Position numbers and translations under genes: made by a program. The notes under the pieces were generated by a model. That model saw only the letters and a list, made by a program, of their open reading frames with translations. It ran no database searches and had not been told where the DNA came from. From assembly GCF_025526975.1 (NCBI RefSeq), contig NW_026515670.1, forward strand, positions 372,001 through 436,000: DNA of 64,000 bases. The letters are read 5' to 3'. The stretch is from Fimicolochytrium jonesii. Taxonomy: Eukaryota. Shown piece after piece: positions 45,625-56,693 of the stretch. Position 1 is the stretch's first letter. The number at the start of each line of letters is the position of its first letter.

Positions 45625-48235
45625 ATCGAAAGACTTCATGTGCGAGAGGTCTGGGCGTGCGTAAGGTTTAGCAGCTTCCGCCTTCTTAGCTTTCCCCCCC
45701 TTCTTGCCCGCAGTACCCGCGGCAGAAGAGACATTAGCACGTTTAGGCGCACCACTCCCAGAAGCAACCGCTTTATTGTTCGCGTCGGTTCCCTTATCGG
45801 CAAGATGACGTACAGCAAACGAACTAAGTGCACGATCCATCAAACGAGTTGATGGAAATGCGAGCAGAGGGTGTTGCTCCCTATAATCGACCATCGTATG
45901 CACTAACGACTGGGCGATCTCATAGCCAACGGTATTGGTCTTATCGCGAGTAAGACCACAAAGGAACAGGTTATTCAAATCGTCGGGAGTGATAACCTCC
46001 AGGTTGCGCTGTGCCTCGGCAACGATACATTTGAACTCCGTCACATACGAATCCATCGACTTATGATGAAAAGTCATTCGGTGCAAAGCATTGAGCGCGT
46101 TCGTTTTCGCGTTCGTAGGATAGAAGGCTAACTTGAAAGCCGTTTCAAAATCCTCTTTCCGCATGTCAGGCCTGCATGCGGTGTTGAACCAGGTACGTGC
46201 GTCGCCTTCAAGCGAGCTAGATACCTTCTGCATGTACTCAAAGTCGTCAATCGGAAGACCAAAAGTAACCATGAAGTCTGTATGCTTCTGCAAAAACGTG
46301 TCGACAAAAGCGGCCTCACGCCGTTTGCCATTGAACGGATGCTGCAAGATCCGTGTACCATGGTGCCTACGCCGCTCGATATAGAAAGGATCCACCGACC
46401 CATCCTGCAGCACATCACGGCGCATTGCGGAATCACGCTCCAACGTAGCTCGCACACGATCCTGTTGAGCGTGATGTTCCTCGGCATGTTGATCGCGAAC
46501 TTCTGCTCAAGTGGCAGCCGCGGCAGCCTTCATTCGGGCATTAAGCTCCTCGACGGATATTGTCAACATAGCCTTAGTGGGCAGGTGACCAGGAGGAGGT
46601 CGAGGAGGTCCACCGACCTGGATACCCTCCATTGGAACAGGTCCCGTCGTTCGAGGAGGAAGAGGAAGGCAAACTTCAACACGAAGCTCGTCAACCGACG
46701 TTTCCGGCTCCTCAACGATCTCAGTAATAACAGCTGTACCCACAGGAGTAGTGTCCTCACTCCTGGTAACTGTACTACCCGTTGACGTACTCATGACGAC
46801 CTTCTGGCCAGTGTAATCTTGTTGTCAGGTTGAATAACCTCAAACAACGACGAATACGTCCAGAATGCGGACACAAGTACTCCGTTGATGTTGTATAGCT
46901 CAGTACCTCAAGCAAGACACACAAACAACTAAGTTCTCGAATCAGGTATATGCCATGTGCAATAACCAAAATTCGGGCATAGATTTCCCCTCTTCCGAGC
47001 GAAAAGTCCCCAAAATCCACCGTGTCCGATGTCGGCGGGTTTTGGCTACGTTGATCCTAGACAGGATCTGAAGCTATCAGTTTGAAGAGGCCTTTGAGAG
47101 GATCAAGAAGAACTCTAACGGCTTAGCTCTGTCCCAAAACTGAAAGACTTTTCCTATCCGCCCGTTTTCGCTTAAGTATCGAATTAACGACGAAGGCGAT
47201 GACGGATAGCTCGTTTTGCAGTGATTCAAAAATCCCAAAACGTTCAGGTGAATTCAAGGTGATTCTCAGGATTGGGAAGAACCTTCTCGGGGGTCATTTC
47301 AGTCAGACTGTGATAGTTTTGCTATACGGAGGTTATAATGGCGACGATTTAGCGCGTTTTTTGATATCTCTGTATCCGTAGGTCGAATCTCTTTGAAACT
47401 CCCACAAGTTTTCAAGCTCAGTGCGCTCTACAAGGTTTCCGAGTTTGAAGGGGATAGAATTACTGGGGTAGATTTCCGATCCGTGAACGGGTTACTAATT
47501 GGCCACTAGTAAACACGCGTTTATGTTGACTATGTGTCAACCGTCGAACGTATACTCTCAAGATGTTGATATACCGAAAGAGTAAGGTATGGATGGCAAA
47601 CTATGAGTTACGGAGGTTTGTTTAACCATCCAGGTGCGAAAAGCGAGGTGGTTGCGACGTATCGGTCGTTCCACTAGGTAAATAACCTAGAGGCCGGCGC
47701 TTTTCGACTATAGCGCACTAGGGGCCTCAGGAGTTGCAGTGGACGGTGCCCGGGACGTCCCCAAGGCTATATGAATCGTCTAGAATGATTGTATCGACGT
47801 TCTGGGACGATTGCTGCGTCCGCAATTTCGAGATGCTGAAGTTGCCGAACGCGTTTATCTACTAGGAAGCTCGTTTCGTTCGAACGAGTGGTGCTACCAT
47901 GTGATGTGGACTACCTTCCACACTGGTTGTTTAACTGATGTTCATTAACAATAACTACTTTGCTGTAAGGTATTGTAGACGGACTGGGTATTCGTTGGCT
48001 CTGCTATGCGATATGTAGTAGAAGAACTACTTGTTGTGCATAGGAACGCGCGACGAGCACTGTTGAAGTACCCATGGGGTCGGAGTCCACTGGAGAACAC
48101 GTTCCAGTGAGGCATTAAAAGAATGAAAACCTTGAACCCACTGGAGAACACTGTCTGGGACATGTCTCGCACTCCTAGCGAGACATGTCTCGCCGACACG
48201 TCGTTCTCCAACTAGACAGGACAACCCACATTACA
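43686..48235 (-). mobile_element. Gypsy element G, 5' half: LTR 47900-48235, PBS, 1.1-kb leader, gag, pol truncated in RNase H
   Basis: PBS TGGTAGCACCAC 47888-47899; gag ORFs 46794-45508 (LEGDARTWF, FDCGEMGHRAGDC); RT YLDD in 44061-45092. Confidence 0.92.
45508..46794 (-). pseudogene. gag: G gag
   Basis: Capsid-like motifs, zinc knuckle, ends at G GGT TTT slippery site. Confidence 0.85.
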
Positions 48236-48771
48236 AGTACGGTACCCTTCTTCTGAGAGGTACTGGTAGTCGAATTCACGAGGCCCCGAAAAGGAACATC
48301 TCACTCCGCAACAGGAACGTGAGTACTTCCTGAACGGGCTGACCTTCCACCAGGTCGGACGTCGCATCCGTGAGTAGTGTTACCAGTTCATCCTACAAGA
48401 GGGCAATGAGGACGAAGACATCCCCATCAAGACCCATCAGGAAGCCGCCCAGAGGGCCTTCCGCATCAGGGGTTACGCCGACCGGATCGCCCGCATTTTG
48501 GAAGACGGCAAACGGGTCCAACCCGCTACGGCCACTCCGGCCCAGGCTCGCGACAAGCGCAATACGCCCCGCACCTTCAACTCCAACCGAGTACCCCTTG
48601 GGAAGGAGCGGAAAACTCAGCGAGGCGAATGTCACACTTGCGGCAGCAAGGACCACGACGCCCGAGCGTGCCCTAAGAACCCGGACCGTCTCAAGATCAC
48701 GGCGGCGCCCGCCGAGGCCTTCGATGATGACAACGAGGAGTTCCATTCGACCGCGGAGGAACCCCCGAGCC
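48236..48771 (+). pseudogene. gag: Gypsy I gag 3' fragment
   Basis: CHTCGSKDHDARAC; joins the pol at 60322 (minus strand) through TSD GAGCC. Confidence 0.8.
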
Positions 48772-49142
48772 ACTTCGCAATAGTCGGCAGAGGAAGTAGA
48801 CGACTGAGGAAAATCTATGTAGTGTGCAATGCTGTACTGTGAAGTATGTATTGTCTTGTGTAGAAAAGAGGACGCGAGGTCCGAAAGGGGAAGAAAAGAG
48901 TGAAGTCCCGTACGCGGAAGCGTGGCGTAAGCGGGAGGGGAGTTACGTGAGGAAATAAACTACAGGAACCCTAACCAGGGACTCGGGAGTATGAAACCTC
49001 CAACACCCCCACTCAAACTCACGAGTCTATCTAAGTGAAGGATAAATCTAAACAATGAGTACAATGGTCGCCCCAGAGAGGTAAGATCAACGTTCCCATA
49101 CTCAACTACCGTATCTCAGACTACCACACGATACGCGAAACA

Positions 49143-49796
49143 ATGGCGAACGGAGGCAAGAACGGCGGGAATGGCAAGAAGAGCGGCGATGGCAAGAAGA
49201 AGCAAACGGCCCGTAAGGCGGTGAGACCAGCAGCCCCTCCAGCCGCACCTCCGCCAGGACCCTCACGACCAACAACGCGCTCTACGCGCGCATCGTCCAC
49301 AGCGTCCGCAAGCGACTCTTTGATGTCGAAAGCCCGAGTTAGAGAAGCTCTTTGATTGGCGATGGAGGTATCGACGTTGAGGTACCGCAAGGATAACCAT
49401 GAGAACCTCGCGAAGCACCTGGCGTTTACAAAGGCAAAACTGGATCGATCGAACCGAAAGAAGGGGTCGTTCGAGGCATTGATGGAAGAGGCAGACAACC
49501 TTGGATGTAAGGCAGTCTCAGAGTCGCGATATAAGGCAAAAGGCTGCATATCGAAAGAAAAGACGAAAGAGGCGAAGCGCCGCAGTGATGCGGTCGAGAG
49601 ACGGGAGCGAGACAAGATGATGAAGCGACTCCAGTACTTGCGAAAGCACATGGATGATTGGTCTTCGAGTGATGATGGAGACAGTGACGGAAACGCCGGG
49701 GGAGGTGGTCCAGGGGGTCCGCCTGGTGGAAGCGGAGCCGGAGCCGGTGGAGCCCCCGGTGACGGGGCAGCGGCGGCTATCACGGTTGCGGTTTAA
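49143..49796 (+). pseudogene. Antisense accessory ORF of Copia-2 (about 217 aa, basic/coiled-coil, one internal TGA), function unknown
   Basis: ORFs 49143-49355 and 49356-49796 are contiguous and in frame; they lie between the pol stop and the PPT. Confidence 0.6.
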
Positions 49797-49854
49797 GCTG
49801 CCGAAGTCGTATATAGTGCCCAGAAGTGATCCCGGTATGGGTGTTCCGTATGTC

Positions 49855-50879
49855 TCATTCGGACGTAGTCGTCGCCGGCTGTCTATTGCTAGCGACACGT
49901 CCTTCTTGAATTGCTTGAATAAATTTCGTATGTGTCTCGGGAGGAAAAGGCTTTGTGAAGTAACCAGCCAGTTGCTCCTGCGTCGCGGTGTTGAGGAGTA
50001 CGACGTCTTTCTTCGTCACGCTATCGCGTAACTTGTGGTAGTGTACGTCGATCTGTTTGGAGCGTTGGGTAATAGCCGTGGAGGTGGCAATCTCGCGGGC
50101 GCTCTGATTGTCGATGTGGATTGGCGTGGGGTCTTTGATGTTGCCGTATTCGTCGCCGCAGACCTCCGCGATAATCGAGCGGAGCCAGAAGACCTTGTTG
50201 TAACCGAGGGCTGCGGCGATATACTCAGCTTCCGTGGAGCTGAGAGCTACGCACTTCTGCTTGGTGCTTTTCCAGTAGAAAAGCTGGTCGTTGAAGGAGC
50301 TGGCGATGCCCGCGGTAGATTTGCGGTCGTTGACATCGTCGATATAGGTAACATTGCTGATTGTGAGTTGGTTCCCTGACGGCGAGAGCTCGTAATCGAA
50401 GACTAGACCCAGGCAGTTCTTGATGGGACCAAGATCCGTACAGTTGAAATGAGAACATAGTTCACTTTTCACTTGCTTGACATGTACGGGAAAGCAGCAG
50501 GCGATGAAGTCGTCCACATAGATAAGGAGCATCTGGAGGGCGTCCAGAGTTCGCGTCGTTGTCGCGTAGCGATAGAAGACGCAAGGGCAGTTCTTTAACG
50601 GGGTGAAGCGGAGAGAACTGAGGGTTTCGCGAAGAGTATGGTACCAGAGAAGCGGAGATTGCTTCAGACCGTATAGAGCCTTGCGCAGGAGGTATACCCA
50701 GTCTGCCCGCGGCTTGTGCGGATCTTTGTAGCCCTGAAATTGTTCAACATAGACGGGTCCGTCGATATCGCTCCGTAAGAACGCGTTGTGGACATCAAGT
50801 TGAGGGATTTCCATACCGAGGGAGACGGCAATGGAGAGGAAAAGGCGAAGAATTGACATGGGTAGGGTTGGAGCGTAGG
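49855..50879 (-). pseudogene. pol: Copia-2 RT/RNase H with an internal deletion
   Basis: ALYGLKQSP, LIYVDD, NVTYID|DVNDRKST junction, YFTKP. Confidence 0.9.
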
Positions 50880-51594
50880 TGTTATGATCTCGACGACAGA
50901 GGCGGAAGCGAAGAAGAGAAGACAGAGCGAGAGTGATAGGCAAAACAAGAGATTGTATTGGCGAAACAAGAAACAAGGACTAGAACAGGAGATGAGAAGA
51001 ACTGGTGTTGATCTGCTGGGGAGGAAGGGGATGGACGAAGAGAGGCCGGCTATTTATAGATAGGCAACCCAGCAGATCAGAGAATAACAACAACAAGAGG
51101 GGACTGGGGGGCGCCAGCTATGCTCCTAGAGCGTGCGTGGCGAGCGTAGAAAGCATTGCTACAGCTGCTGGCTATGGGGAAGCAGTGGGGGGTGTGGAGA
51201 AGCCAAGGGGGGATTGGGAAAATGAGAGGAGAGAGGAGGAGTGGCGATATTGCAAGAGGATTGGCGAAATGAGAGGAGAGAGGGGGAGTGGCATTGACAT
51301 TGACATTGAGACTGACATTGACACTGACATTGACATTGACATTGGCGTTTGACATTTGGCGGTTGACATTGGCGGCTGTCAGTAGGTAAGCTTATGGTAT
51401 GGGCGCGTCGTCCAAAACATCACCCCCCTCTTTAGCGGCGGCGGCGGCGGCGTCGAGTTTGGTGTGGCCGCAGAGGAGGTGCTACGGGGACAGAGGAAGG
51501 CTTGTTGGGGTACGCGCTGTGGAAGTCCTGGAGGAGTGCGTCGGTATGGGTGAGGTGTTCCACGGGCTCCCAGGTGTTCTCGGAGTCAGGCCAG
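50880..51594 (-). mobile_element. 3' remnant of a B-family element (LTR 50880-51419, PPT, chromodomain tail)
   Basis: Near-identical to 7880 to about 8615. Confidence 0.93.
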
Positions 51595-51869
51595 TGTCGG
51601 GGATATCTCATCTTCCCTTGTATTTCATATTATATCTCTTTACTTCTACTTGATCCGAGACTCGGGCTGGCCGCCCGAGCGCTCGGTGATACATTACATA
51701 AGGCGCCAAGCCTCACTAAAGCCACGCAAGCCCCACTGGCAGCCCATATATAAAGCTGTCAGTCGGGCGGCCGCTGCGAAGAGCTTCTTACTTTTTTCTT
51801 CACTACAATATACTGCTCTCAGCGCTCTCAGAAGGGCCCAATATCGTCTATATTTCCTCTGACGTTACA
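51595..51869 (+). mobile_element. A-family LTR with non-matching flanks
   Basis: 275 bp; flanks GCCAG and GGTCC. Confidence 0.92.
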
Positions 51870-52292
51870 GGTCCAGGCATAATCGGAGCCGTCGTCGAGG
51901 AACGCGAGACTGTAGCGCTCTCCGTCGATGCCGCAGATCCAAAATGGACCTTGTAAATCGCTGTGTATCAGCTCACCGGGTTTGTGTGGCGGGGATGTCA
52001 ATTTAGGGAAGGTAAGGCGGGTAGCTTTGCTGAGAGCGCATGGATCGCAGCGTGCGCCGGAGTCCGGCGTAGCCCCCACTGAAGGCCAATCCTCTACTAT
52101 CTTGGGCATAACCGGGAGAATGTGGTTTCCTGGATGTCCCAGACGTTGGTGCAGAAGTTGGCAGGTTATGGAAGCAACCAGTGCATGTGCATTGGGCTTG
52201 TAGGTAGTAACCCGTCCTTCTAAATAGTATGCGTCGCCTTCGCGCATCCCCATCGCGAGTAAGTGTCGGTCAGTGTTGAACATGACGACGTC

Positions 52293-52656
52293 CGTAATGT
52301 GTGTTGGGTTGTCCAGTCTTATTGGAGAACGACGTGTCAGTGAAAGGCCTTCCGACCTGTCAGTGAAAGGCCTTTCGACCCGTCAGTGAAAGGCCTTTCC
52401 TAAGCACTTGGGCTTACGCCCGTCACGCTCAGGCTTACGCCCTTCACGCTCAGACAGTGTTCTCCAGTGGACCCCGACCACATGGGTACTATAACAGTGC
52501 TCGTTGAGAGTTCCTATTCACAACAAGTAGTTCTTTTACTACATACCGAATAGCAGCGCCGGGAACACCCAGTCCGTCTACAATACCTTACAGCAAAGTA
52601 GTTATCGTATATGAACATCAGTTAAACAACCAGTGTGGAAGGTAGTCCACATCACA
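52293..52656 (+). mobile_element. Solo LTR of the G family in Copia-2 pol, with internal tandem repeats
   Basis: Decayed TSD ACGTC/ACATT; 22-bp unit x3 and 21-bp unit x2 inside. Confidence 0.88.
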
Positions 52657-54201
52657 ACATTGGTGGGGTGAAAGGAGACGGTAACGCCGTTATCAGTGCA
52701 TTTAGCAACAGATATAAGCGGCTGGACAAGACTAGGAACCAATAACACGTCGCGTAGAGCGGGAACGTTGCCACCGGACATAGATTGGATAAGTCCGGTA
52801 CCCTTGTTTTGAGAGGTGATGGTAGTCGAATCCACGAGTCCAATAAGGCGTTGGTAGTCTTGAAGAGAGGATGGATCTAGATCCTCGAAATAGGGGGTCA
52901 TGTGATCTGTACAGCCGGAATCCACGTTTGCCTTGAAGATCCGGACATCGTGGTTGGCTGGGTGGACTTGAACGTGCATGGCATGGGCCGTGGAGGCTGC
53001 AGCGGGTGCGTCCTGCTTAGTTTTCGCGTTCTTGTCCAAAATGTCTTTGCGAGCTTTGTAAGTAAAGCAGTTTTCCGACTTGTGGCCATCCCGTTGGCAG
53101 TATTTGCACTGGGGAGGCTTCTTGATTGCATCAGAAGATGACGATTGGGTAGAGGGGGTGCCTCTAGAGCCGCCAGGCTCGGATTTGTTCTTCCTCTTCT
53201 GAGGTAGATTGGAAGTAACGTGGGCAGCGGATGCGCCCGACTGATGCATACCCGGGGTCTTCTCGTTGCGCTAGTCGGCTATGCGAATCGCGGCCTCTTG
53301 AGAAGGACTAAGGTGATCGTCGTACTGAGCCTGGGCAGTGATCAGGGTACTAAGATTATTAGGAAGGGCTTGAAGGAAGTCGGCACAGAGTATGTATTCC
53401 GGGAGCCCAGGTAGTTGTCCAGCCAAAAGGTTGAACTGGGCGATGGTTAATTGACTTGGGCTTCAGTGCGCGCAGTCTGTGAAGAACTTGCAGCAGATGA
53501 GGGCGGGGAATGAAGCGCCTTAACATCGCAGAGCGTAATCCGAGCTGAGGAGGCAGTCCATAGACGTCTTGAATATCGTGCCATGAAATTATGGAGAAGC
53601 GCTCATTTTCAGGAAGGCTTTTCCACCACTGGAGAGCTGGTCCCGTGAGCGCGTTGACAACGAAGTCTACGCATTTGGAAGGCGAAATCATCTGGTACTT
53701 CATAATCACATCAATGTGATAAATGAACCCTTGTAGCTTGGTAACGTTGGGGTCGCCATTGTAGGTGCCAAGTTTACTAAGCATAGTGTTGATGAAGACT
53801 TTGGAAGCTGATTTGCCGGCCGAAGGGGGTGTTACAGGAGTAACTGATCTCACAGACGCACTTTTGTGATGAATTTCAGCGAAAGGAGGGCTTTGAGAAC
53901 GGGTTTGAAAGTAAGGATGCCGTTCCGGGGCTTTATAAGCGTATGGGAAAGAGTTGGCCATAGCGCGCTGAGGAGGCGCATGGGGTGCCAGCGACACAGA
54001 GGTCACGTATGGCACATTTGCCTGGATGGGGCTAGTTGAGTAATGAGAACGAGTGCTGTTCACAGGCGACTGAGCGAGCGGGTTCACGGAGGGGACTGTC
54101 ACAGAGGGGCCCGGGTCTCTCGTCCGCTATGGGGTACCTAGGACCGGGTTGTTGGTATCGCAGTATATGTATGGTCCCGAGAAGGACTTGTGGTGCTACC
54201 A

Positions 54202-54363
54202 TGTCAAGGTAATCGTCCCGATTGCTCGGAACGCCCTGGAGAGGTGGTACAGTCACAGAAAGAAGAGAAAAATGTTTGGGGAAGGTAGGAATCGAACCCA
54301 CGCCACCTGGGTGAGAGCCAAATGTCTTAACCACTAAGCCAAAATGTGTGTGTTCCTGTTACA
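54202..54363 (-). repeat. LTR-D (tRNA-containing) with a PPT-like tract upstream and a PBS downstream
   Basis: 162 bp; PBS TGGTAGCACCAC 54190-54201; purine tract at 54364-54390 on the minus strand. Confidence 0.9.
54277..54348 (-). tRNA. tRNA-Glu(CTC)-derived pseudo-tRNA in LTR-D, copy 2
   Basis: A and B boxes intact; anticodon stem has two G-U pairs. Confidence 0.75.
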
Positions 54364-54451
54364 CCGCCCGAAGGCTTTTCTTCCCTTCAGGAGTCATCCC
54401 AGAGCGTAGGACTCCAAAACAATATATGCTACACGTGATCTCATGCCCTAA

Positions 54452-55316
54452 GTGCTTCCCCGCACTAAGGTGACACCTGCAGCACCTCATTACATTCCCC
54501 TTAGAGCCAAGTGTCACTTCGACACCGACCGCACCTGTCAGTCGCTCCCCGCTCTTACTTCATGTGGAGCTGACACAGGTGTCGGCCATGAGGAGTGCGC
54601 ATGGCTCTACTGGAGCAGCTGGCATCACCGGTGGTCACCATGATGGCAATCAGATCCATGCCGATATGAGATAGAGATAATTCGGCCTCAGCTTGTTGTG
54701 GGGCGCCATGGTCCTTGTCCCTGCGGCATATAAAAGGAAGGCAGTAGTCCCCTTGGCACCTTCCCACCAGTCCTTGGACTTACATCTCTTGCTACGACTT
54801 ACGTGTTGGAACTGCAACACATACCGCCCCCGCAAGATGTTCCTCTCGGCGTGCCAGCACGTTATATGCCGGCCTTGCATCCTCCCGCTCTGTGATGACA
54901 CGGTAAGGAACCGCATGTTATGGGTGGTTCCCGTGAGGTGACTGACAGCTCACGTCTCTTTCCGACAGACCGACATGCCCTTTGGTGGGTTTACATGCGG
55001 CTACGTTGACGGTTTTGGGGAGGAGTGCAAAACGCCGCTCTTCTGCCAGACGCTACCCTGCACCTGTGGGTGGCCCGACTGCGATTGTCTGGCCCAGGAC
55101 GTGCAGGTCTTCCCCTGCGACCACATCAAGTGTATGGGGCATGTCCGCGAATAAGTACGACAGTCGTGAATTTTCGACAGGTCCCGCCGTTGACGTGACG
55201 CACTCCCTTTAGCCAGATGAACGTCCAGCAGTTCGTCCCGCTGCATTGTGGCATGGGGGCCGCCTGCCACGGCACACGTTGCCAATGGTCTTTTGCCAAA
55301 CAGGCTGGTATTTAGC
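54452..55316 (+). pseudogene. Decayed Cys/His-rich, RING-finger-like antisense ORF in the 3' region of I
   Basis: CWNC-x12-CQHVICRPC...CGYVDGFGEEC; CGWPDC-x11-CDHIKCMGH in the same frame across one TGA. Confidence 0.55.
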
Positions 55317-55404
55317 CTGGCGTCGTCTCTCTTCTTTCTCGTATATATTTTGTTGAATTTGATCTCTTCGGAGCGTTTCCCTTTGGTACTTCACCGATCG
55401 TCCT

Positions 55405-55622
55405 GAGCCCTGGTGCCTCGCACCCGCTTGCATCGGCCATGGTACCTTGTACCCGCCCGGATCTTGGGCCTTGGTATTGCATACCCGCCCGCATGAGCCC
55501 TGACACCTCGCTTGCCCGCTCGCATAGGCCCTGGTACCTCGTACCCGCCCACCTCATAGGCCCTTGTACTACGTGACCGCCTGCATCATAGGCCTTGGTA
55601 CTAAGTACCCGCCCGCATGAGT
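55405..55622. repeat. Degenerate tandem array of about 7 units of 30-33 bp
   Basis: Recurring GGCCYTGGTACCTCGTACCCGCCCGCAT-like unit. Confidence 0.75.
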
Positions 55623-56139
55623 CCGTAACAGTAATGATCATTTTGGACAGTAGAAACTCTGTTTTGATGTATGTACAAGGTTCAGATACGTTTACAGCGA
55701 CGAGAGACTGCCGCTCTCTCCTTCGCCTTGGTCTACCGAGTCTCCTGGCGCTTGGCGGCTTGCTTTCGGACATATCACTTGTGGGCCGAGGTGTCACGGA
55801 CATGTCCGAGTGGCTCCCAAATGTTCTGGGACACGTCGTAGCCGGCCCATTGACCAGGAACATCTCGGTGTTGCGTACCCACTTGGAATCGAGGATGTCT
55901 TCAACTCGGTGTTCGAGTTCGCCGTTGACTTCCTCTGGGGGGGGGGTGGCACGTCCACTTTTCGGTATGGGCTGTTCTCCGGAGGGTTGTACCTGCGTAG
56001 GATGTTGACGTGGAACACCGGGTGTAGTCCACTGAACTCGTGGGAGAGCTCCAGCTCGTAGGTGTCCGGGTGGGGCCCCTTTCCGCTGACGGTGATGGGC
56101 CCGATCCACAGCGCGGGCAGCTTCTTGTTTTGGGCCAAG

Positions 56140-56693
56140 TGTTATGGACGACGCGCCCATACCATAAGCCTACCTCATGACAGCACACTGACAGCCGCCA
56201 ATGTCAGCCGCCAATGTCAAACGCCAATGTCAATGTCAGTGTCAATGTCAATGTCAATGTCAATGCCTTCCCCTCTCATTTCGCCAATCCCCCGCTCTCC
56301 TCTCGTCCGCCAATCCCCCATTTGCCGCTCCTCCTCTCTCCTCTCATTTCGCCAATCCCCCCCAGCTTCTCCACACCCCCCACTGCTTCTCCATAGCCGG
56401 CAGCTGTAGCAGCTGTAGCAATGCTCTCTACGCTCGCCACGCCCGCTCTAGGAGCATAGCTGACGACCCCCCCAGTCCCCTCTTGTTGTTGTTCTTTGAT
56501 CTGGTGGGTTGTCTATCTATAAATAGCCAGCCTCTCTTCGTCCATTCCCTTCCTCCCCAGCAGATCAACACCAGTTCTTCTCATCTCCTGTTCTGTCCGT
56601 GCTTCTTGTTTCGCCAATACAATCTCTTGTCGCCTATCACTCTCGCCATGTCTTCTCTACTTCGCTTCCGCCTCAGTCGTCGAGATCATAACA
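56140..56693 (+). mobile_element. Solo LTR of the B family
   Basis: TSD CCAAG/CCGAG. Confidence 0.92.

Larger units (their letters stand above)
48772..54099 (-). mobile_element. Copia-2 left copy: 3' LTR 48772-49005, extra ORF, RT/RH, IN, gag (5'-truncated), with nested insertions
   Basis: PPT 49006-49020; LDVHNAFL, YVDD, SSTEAEY; HQRLGH..CDPC, HSDLQGP; VDSGCTDHM; CKYCQRDGHKSENC. Confidence 0.92.

Noticed and set aside
55405..55622. CRISPR-like array
   Set aside because: Units are adjacent and degenerate with no unique spacers; no cas genes; eukaryotic retroelement context.
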